64,000 bases of DNA from an uncultured delta proteobacterium (GTDB lineage: Bacteria > Desulfobacterota > Desulfobacteria > Desulfobacterales > Desulfosalsimonadaceae): the NCBI GenBank assembly GCA_963826785.1, contig CAWGYD010000001.1:640001-704000 (forward strand), read 5' to 3'. Positions 60,898 to 64,000 of the stretch are shown here, one piece after another (position 1 is the stretch's first letter; each line of letters starts with the position of its first letter). Position numbers and translations under genes: made by a program. The notes below the pieces were generated by a model. It saw nothing but the letters and a program-made list of their open reading frames with translations. It was not told the DNA's origin and made no database searches.

Positions 60898-61574
60898 AGG
60901 TCCTCTTTCAGCGCGTATCCGGTTCCCCGGTGGGTGATGATGGGATCGATGTCCGCCCTGACGGTGCGCAGTTTGGCCCGGATATTCTTGATGTGGGCAT
61001 CCACCGTCCGGTCCATGCTGGCTTCCGGCGCGTCCCAGGCAAGGTCCATGAGCTGGTCCCGGGTGAACACCTGCCCCGGCCGACGGATAAAGGTTTCCAT
61101 AAGAGCGAACTCGTATCGGGACAGGTCCAGCAGGGCGCCGAAATAGAAGATGCGGCGCCGGGGCTCATCGATCCGAAATGCCGCCGGTTGTTTTAACGCC
61201 CCGGCGCGGGGTGCGCTGCGGCGCAGGACCGCCCGGACCCGGGCGGAGAGTTCCCGGGGGGAAAAGGGTTTTACCACGTAATCGTCCGCGCCGATTTCCA
61301 GGCCCACCACCCGGTCGACTTCATCGGACCGGGCGGTCAAAAAGATGATGGGAATATCATGCACCTGACGGATCTGCCGGCACAGTTCGATCCCGCTGAT
61401 ATCGGGAAGGCCGATGTCCAGCACCATCAGGTCGAAAGTTGATTCCGCCAGGGTTTCGGCCACCGGCGCGCCGGTGAACAGGCAGACGGTTTCAAACCCG
61501 TCGGTTTCCAGCGCATACTGGATGGCATCGGCAATGGCCGGCTCGTCTTCGACAATCAGGATTTTCGGTTTCAT
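60894..61574 (-). CDS. creB: two-component response regulator CreB
   Basis: IVEDEPAIAD.I.YAL..DGF, LDLSRYEF, DRTVDAHIK, THRG.GY; GTGA overlap with creC. Confidence 0.9.
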   Translation of the reverse strand: MKPKILIVEDEPAIADAIQYALETDGFETVCLFTGAPVAETLAESTFDLMVLDIGLPDISGIELCRQIRQVHDIPIIFLTARSDEVDRVVGLEIGADDYVVKPFSPRELSARVRAVLRRSAPRAGALKQPAAFRIDEPRRRIFYFGALLDLSRYEFALMETFIRRPGQVFTRDQLMDLAWDAPEASMDRTVDAHIKNIRAKLRTVRADIDPIITHRGTGYALKEDL

Positions 61575-61614
61575 CTTTTTTTCTTTTGGGTTTCTGTGAA
61601 ATCGCGTTTTTCGA

Positions 61615-62376
61615 TCAGGCCATTTTACGTCTGATGATAACAAAACTCAACCGTACACATGATAAAAAAATGTAGACCGATGCCATGCCGATTAATACCG
61701 TCAGCCGGTGGGTGTTGAATAGTGCCGTCCGGTCCCGGTGGATGCCGTTTAGCAGGGGGATGAGCAGCGTGACGGCGCCGTAGACCATGATCGGAAGGGG
61801 GGAGGGAAGGAAGGGCCGTCGGGGCGGGCGGATAAAGCGGCCGGCGATGTTCTGCCTGGGCGGCTTTCTCAACAGGTGATGGATCAGGTACAGGCCGGGC
61901 AGATAGATGAGTATGCCCATTATCCGGTGGGCGCTTTGCTGGCTGATCCACGCGGTATAAAAGTCTGCCCGGTAGAGCCACATGGAAATGATGATCCGGA
62001 CGGCATTGGCAAAAAGGGCGGCTCCATAGGCGACTGCGGCCGAAGCGATCAGCCATGCCGCCCTGTGCGCAGCTGTCTTGAACCGGGGCCATCCCGCAAT
62101 GGATGCCACGCAGAAGGCGATGATCAAAAAATTGATCCCCGCGCACGCCGGGGCGATGATGATTCCGGCGCCCGGGCAGACATATCCCAGCGCCGGGTCT
62201 GCTTCAAAAGCATTTCCAGTGGCCGCTTCCACCAGCAAGGCCGTTGGCATCAGGATCCAGGACAGATCCCGGGCGGTTGCATGGCTGAAATGGGCTTTGA
62301 GTAAAAACGCCGCCGCCAGCATCAAAATCCAGGGGAGCGCGGCCGCGGCTGAAAATTTTGCAGGCCGGCCATTCAT
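61615..62376 (-). CDS. exosortase (XrtK-like)
   Basis: Multi-TM protein with PACAGINF (Cys), NAVRI (Arg), AHRIMG (His); coupled to a PEP-CTERM-tailed protein. Confidence 0.85.
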   Translation of the reverse strand: MNGRPAKFSAAAALPWILMLAAAFLLKAHFSHATARDLSWILMPTALLVEAATGNAFEADPALGYVCPGAGIIIAPACAGINFLIIAFCVASIAGWPRFKTAAHRAAWLIASAAVAYGAALFANAVRIIISMWLYRADFYTAWISQQSAHRIMGILIYLPGLYLIHHLLRKPPRQNIAGRFIRPPRRPFLPSPLPIMVYGAVTLLIPLLNGIHRDRTALFNTHRLTVLIGMASVYIFLSCVRLSFVIIRRKMA

Positions 62377-64000
62377 AGGGGCGCTCCTTTCCTGCCGATG
62401 CGAGTGATGACCAACCCCCCCAGCACTGCGGCCATCAGCCAGATCAATTCCGGTTCGGGCACCGTGGCGCAGGTGCCGCCCACGGCCAGTTCCGACACGC
62501 CTTGGGGCAGCGGCAGGGGCTGGGTGACCTGCTGACTGGTGCCGGCGGGATTGGCAATGGTTTGGCTGACCGCCACAAATGCGGTATGGCGGGTCAGCAG
62601 GTGGTAGGTCAGCCCCAGGGTGGTGATCTCCCGGGCGGTTTCATCCGTATCTCCGGATGCGGGGAAATCGGACAGGCGGGTGATGCGGCTGCGGGCCCAC
62701 AGGTATTTGAGCGGGCCGTTAAACGATGATGAATCGGCATCCGCGGGAAAAAAGGTTCGTTTGAATTTTTCCGAACCCGTGGTGCCCGACAGGGTAATGG
62801 CCCCGGATTTGCCCCCCCGCCATTTGCCGAACACCACGATGGGACGTTTTGCAAACAGGTCGGGAATGGCGCGGGGTTCGACATCGTAGGCGTCAAAGTT
62901 TTCCATGTCCACACGGATACCGGTCATGAGGGGGTACTGGATGTATTCCTGGAATTTTTCCGCCGCGGCCGGTGCTTTTTCGGCATCGGTGACCACAAAT
63001 ATTTCTCCCAGGCCCGCCCGGGCCACTCCTTCGATCAGGTAGCGGTTTACGCTCGATCCGATGCCGAAGGCAAACACGTTGGCATCCCCCAGATGACCGG
63101 TGATCAGGTCGAATACCTCTCTTTCCGCGCCGATGTAGCCGTCAGTGACGATGACGATGGTGCGGGACATGTTTTCGGTCCGGGGCAGCAAAAGCGCCTT
63201 TTTCATGGCCGCCGCCAGTTCGGTGCCGCCGCCGCCTTCCTGGGAGCCGATCAGGGAAAGTGCGTCGCTCACCTGCTCCGGGCCGGCGGGCACCGAGGCC
63301 GGCGCCATGACGCTGGCCCCGCCGGCAAACAGGACCACGTTGAAGGTGTCGCCCGGACCGAGCGCTCCGATCAGGTTTTCAAGCAGCTTTTTGGAAATAT
63401 CCAAAGGAAATCCGTTCATGGAGCCGGACACGTCCACCACGAAGATGTATTCCCGGGGCAAAACCATCTCCGAAACGATGCGCCTGGGCGGCTCCACCAT
63501 CAGGGCAAAGAAGTTTTCGTCCTGGCCCTCATAGAGGAGCAGGCCCGATTCGATCCGGCTTCCGGACAGCCGGTAATTCAGTATGAAATCTTGGTTGGCC
63601 GCATTTTTTTCGTTTTTTGTCAGGCCGATCTCGCAGGCGGCGCTGTTTTGCCAGGAGATCTCGGTTTCATGGGTGTCGCAGCGCACCTCCTGCAGCGGGA
63701 TGCCAGTGGACAATTTGACGCGGATGTCCAGATCCGGCGGGCAGTCCGCGCCTTCTTTCATGTAGGGGTTTTTGATCCACCGATCTTCTTCCGCGGCAGC
63801 GGATTCGGAAATACCCGAATACCGGGGCCCCACCACGGTGGGAAAAACGAATTCATAGATGCCGTCCTCGGGAACCAGCAATTCGCAGTACTGGAGCCGG
63901 ATATCCACCTCGTCGCCCGGCATGATGTTGGCCACATCCATGGAAAAGACATTGGGCCGCTGCTGCTGGAGCAGGGATGCCCTTTTTCCTGCCTTTTTGG
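62373..64000 (-). CDS. VIT + VWA domain protein with a C-terminal PEP-CTERM-like sorting signal; 5' end lies beyond the window
   Basis: Frame open to the window edge (ASLLQQQRPNVFSM.VANI.PG), MIDAS DVSGSM, GGTE, TDG, tail VPEP-hydrophobic helix-RIGRK. Confidence 0.9.
   Translation of the reverse strand, partial: KKAGKRASLLQQQRPNVFSMDVANIMPGDEVDIRLQYCELLVPEDGIYEFVFPTVVGPRYSGISESAAAEEDRWIKNPYMKEGADCPPDLDIRVKLSTGIPLQEVRCDTHETEISWQNSAACEIGLTKNEKNAANQDFILNYRLSGSRIESGLLLYEGQDENFFALMVEPPRRIVSEMVLPREYIFVVDVSGSMNGFPLDISKKLLENLIGALGPGDTFNVVLFAGGASVMAPASVPAGPEQVSDALSLIGSQEGGGGTELAAAMKKALLLPRTENMSRTIVIVTDGYIGAEREVFDLITGHLGDANVFAFGIGSSVNRYLIEGVARAGLGEIFVVTDAEKAPAAAEKFQEYIQYPLMTGIRVDMENFDAYDVEPRAIPDLFAKRPIVVFGKWRGGKSGAITLSGTTGSEKFKRTFFPADADSSSFNGPLKYLWARSRITRLSDFPASGDTDETAREITTLGLTYHLLTRHTAFVAVSQTIANPAGTSQQVTQPLPLPQGVSELAVGGTCATVPEPELIWLMAAVLGGLVITRIGRKGAPL

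Noticed and set aside
1..64000. CRISPR array, rRNA, prophage, transposase or integrase, selenoprotein read-through
   Set aside because: None seen by eye: no spaced repeat array, no matching ORFs, and no gene interrupted by an in-frame TGA at a Cys position

Overview
A 64 kb, GC-rich, gene-dense chromosomal segment from an anaerobic Gram-negative bacterium. Gene content suggests Desulfobacterota/Desulfobacterales (inference only). The left half is largely core: rluD, carD, a K+-independent H+-pyrophosphatase, pth-rplY-prs-tRNA-Gln-ispE and degP. It also carries a long minus-strand run of a small Cys/His protein, dapF-like, moeA, moeA-PBP, archease, rtcB, pmm and DUF1844. Next come two radical SAM genes, an orphan RnfB-flavoprotein fusion with rseC, and a purine-salvage cluster (PNP, two MTA/SAH-type deaminases, adenine deaminase) wrapped around an MlaA-MlaC-MMPL lipid-transport trio. 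The right half is more accessory: dinB, two DUF1207 outer-membrane proteins, a B12 radical SAM enzyme, a NodIJ-like ABC exporter, a P-type ATPase with USP, an OmpR-family two-component system with a second degP, a Zn-ribbon/cNMP/PilZ protein, an MqsR/MqsA-like toxin-antitoxin pair and a multi-PAS hybrid kinase. The window ends in a VIT-VWA-(PEP-CTERM) protein / exosortase / creBC unit cut by the edge. Most notable are the DapF homologue with both catalytic cysteines replaced by serine, the lipid-export genes coupled to nucleoside deaminases, the cNMP+PilZ receptor and the exosortase-CreBC unit. Three genes carry single-base (+1) frameshifts that look like assembly errors. I saw no CRISPR array, rRNA, transposase or integrase. 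All assignments come from reading motifs by eye; no searches were run.
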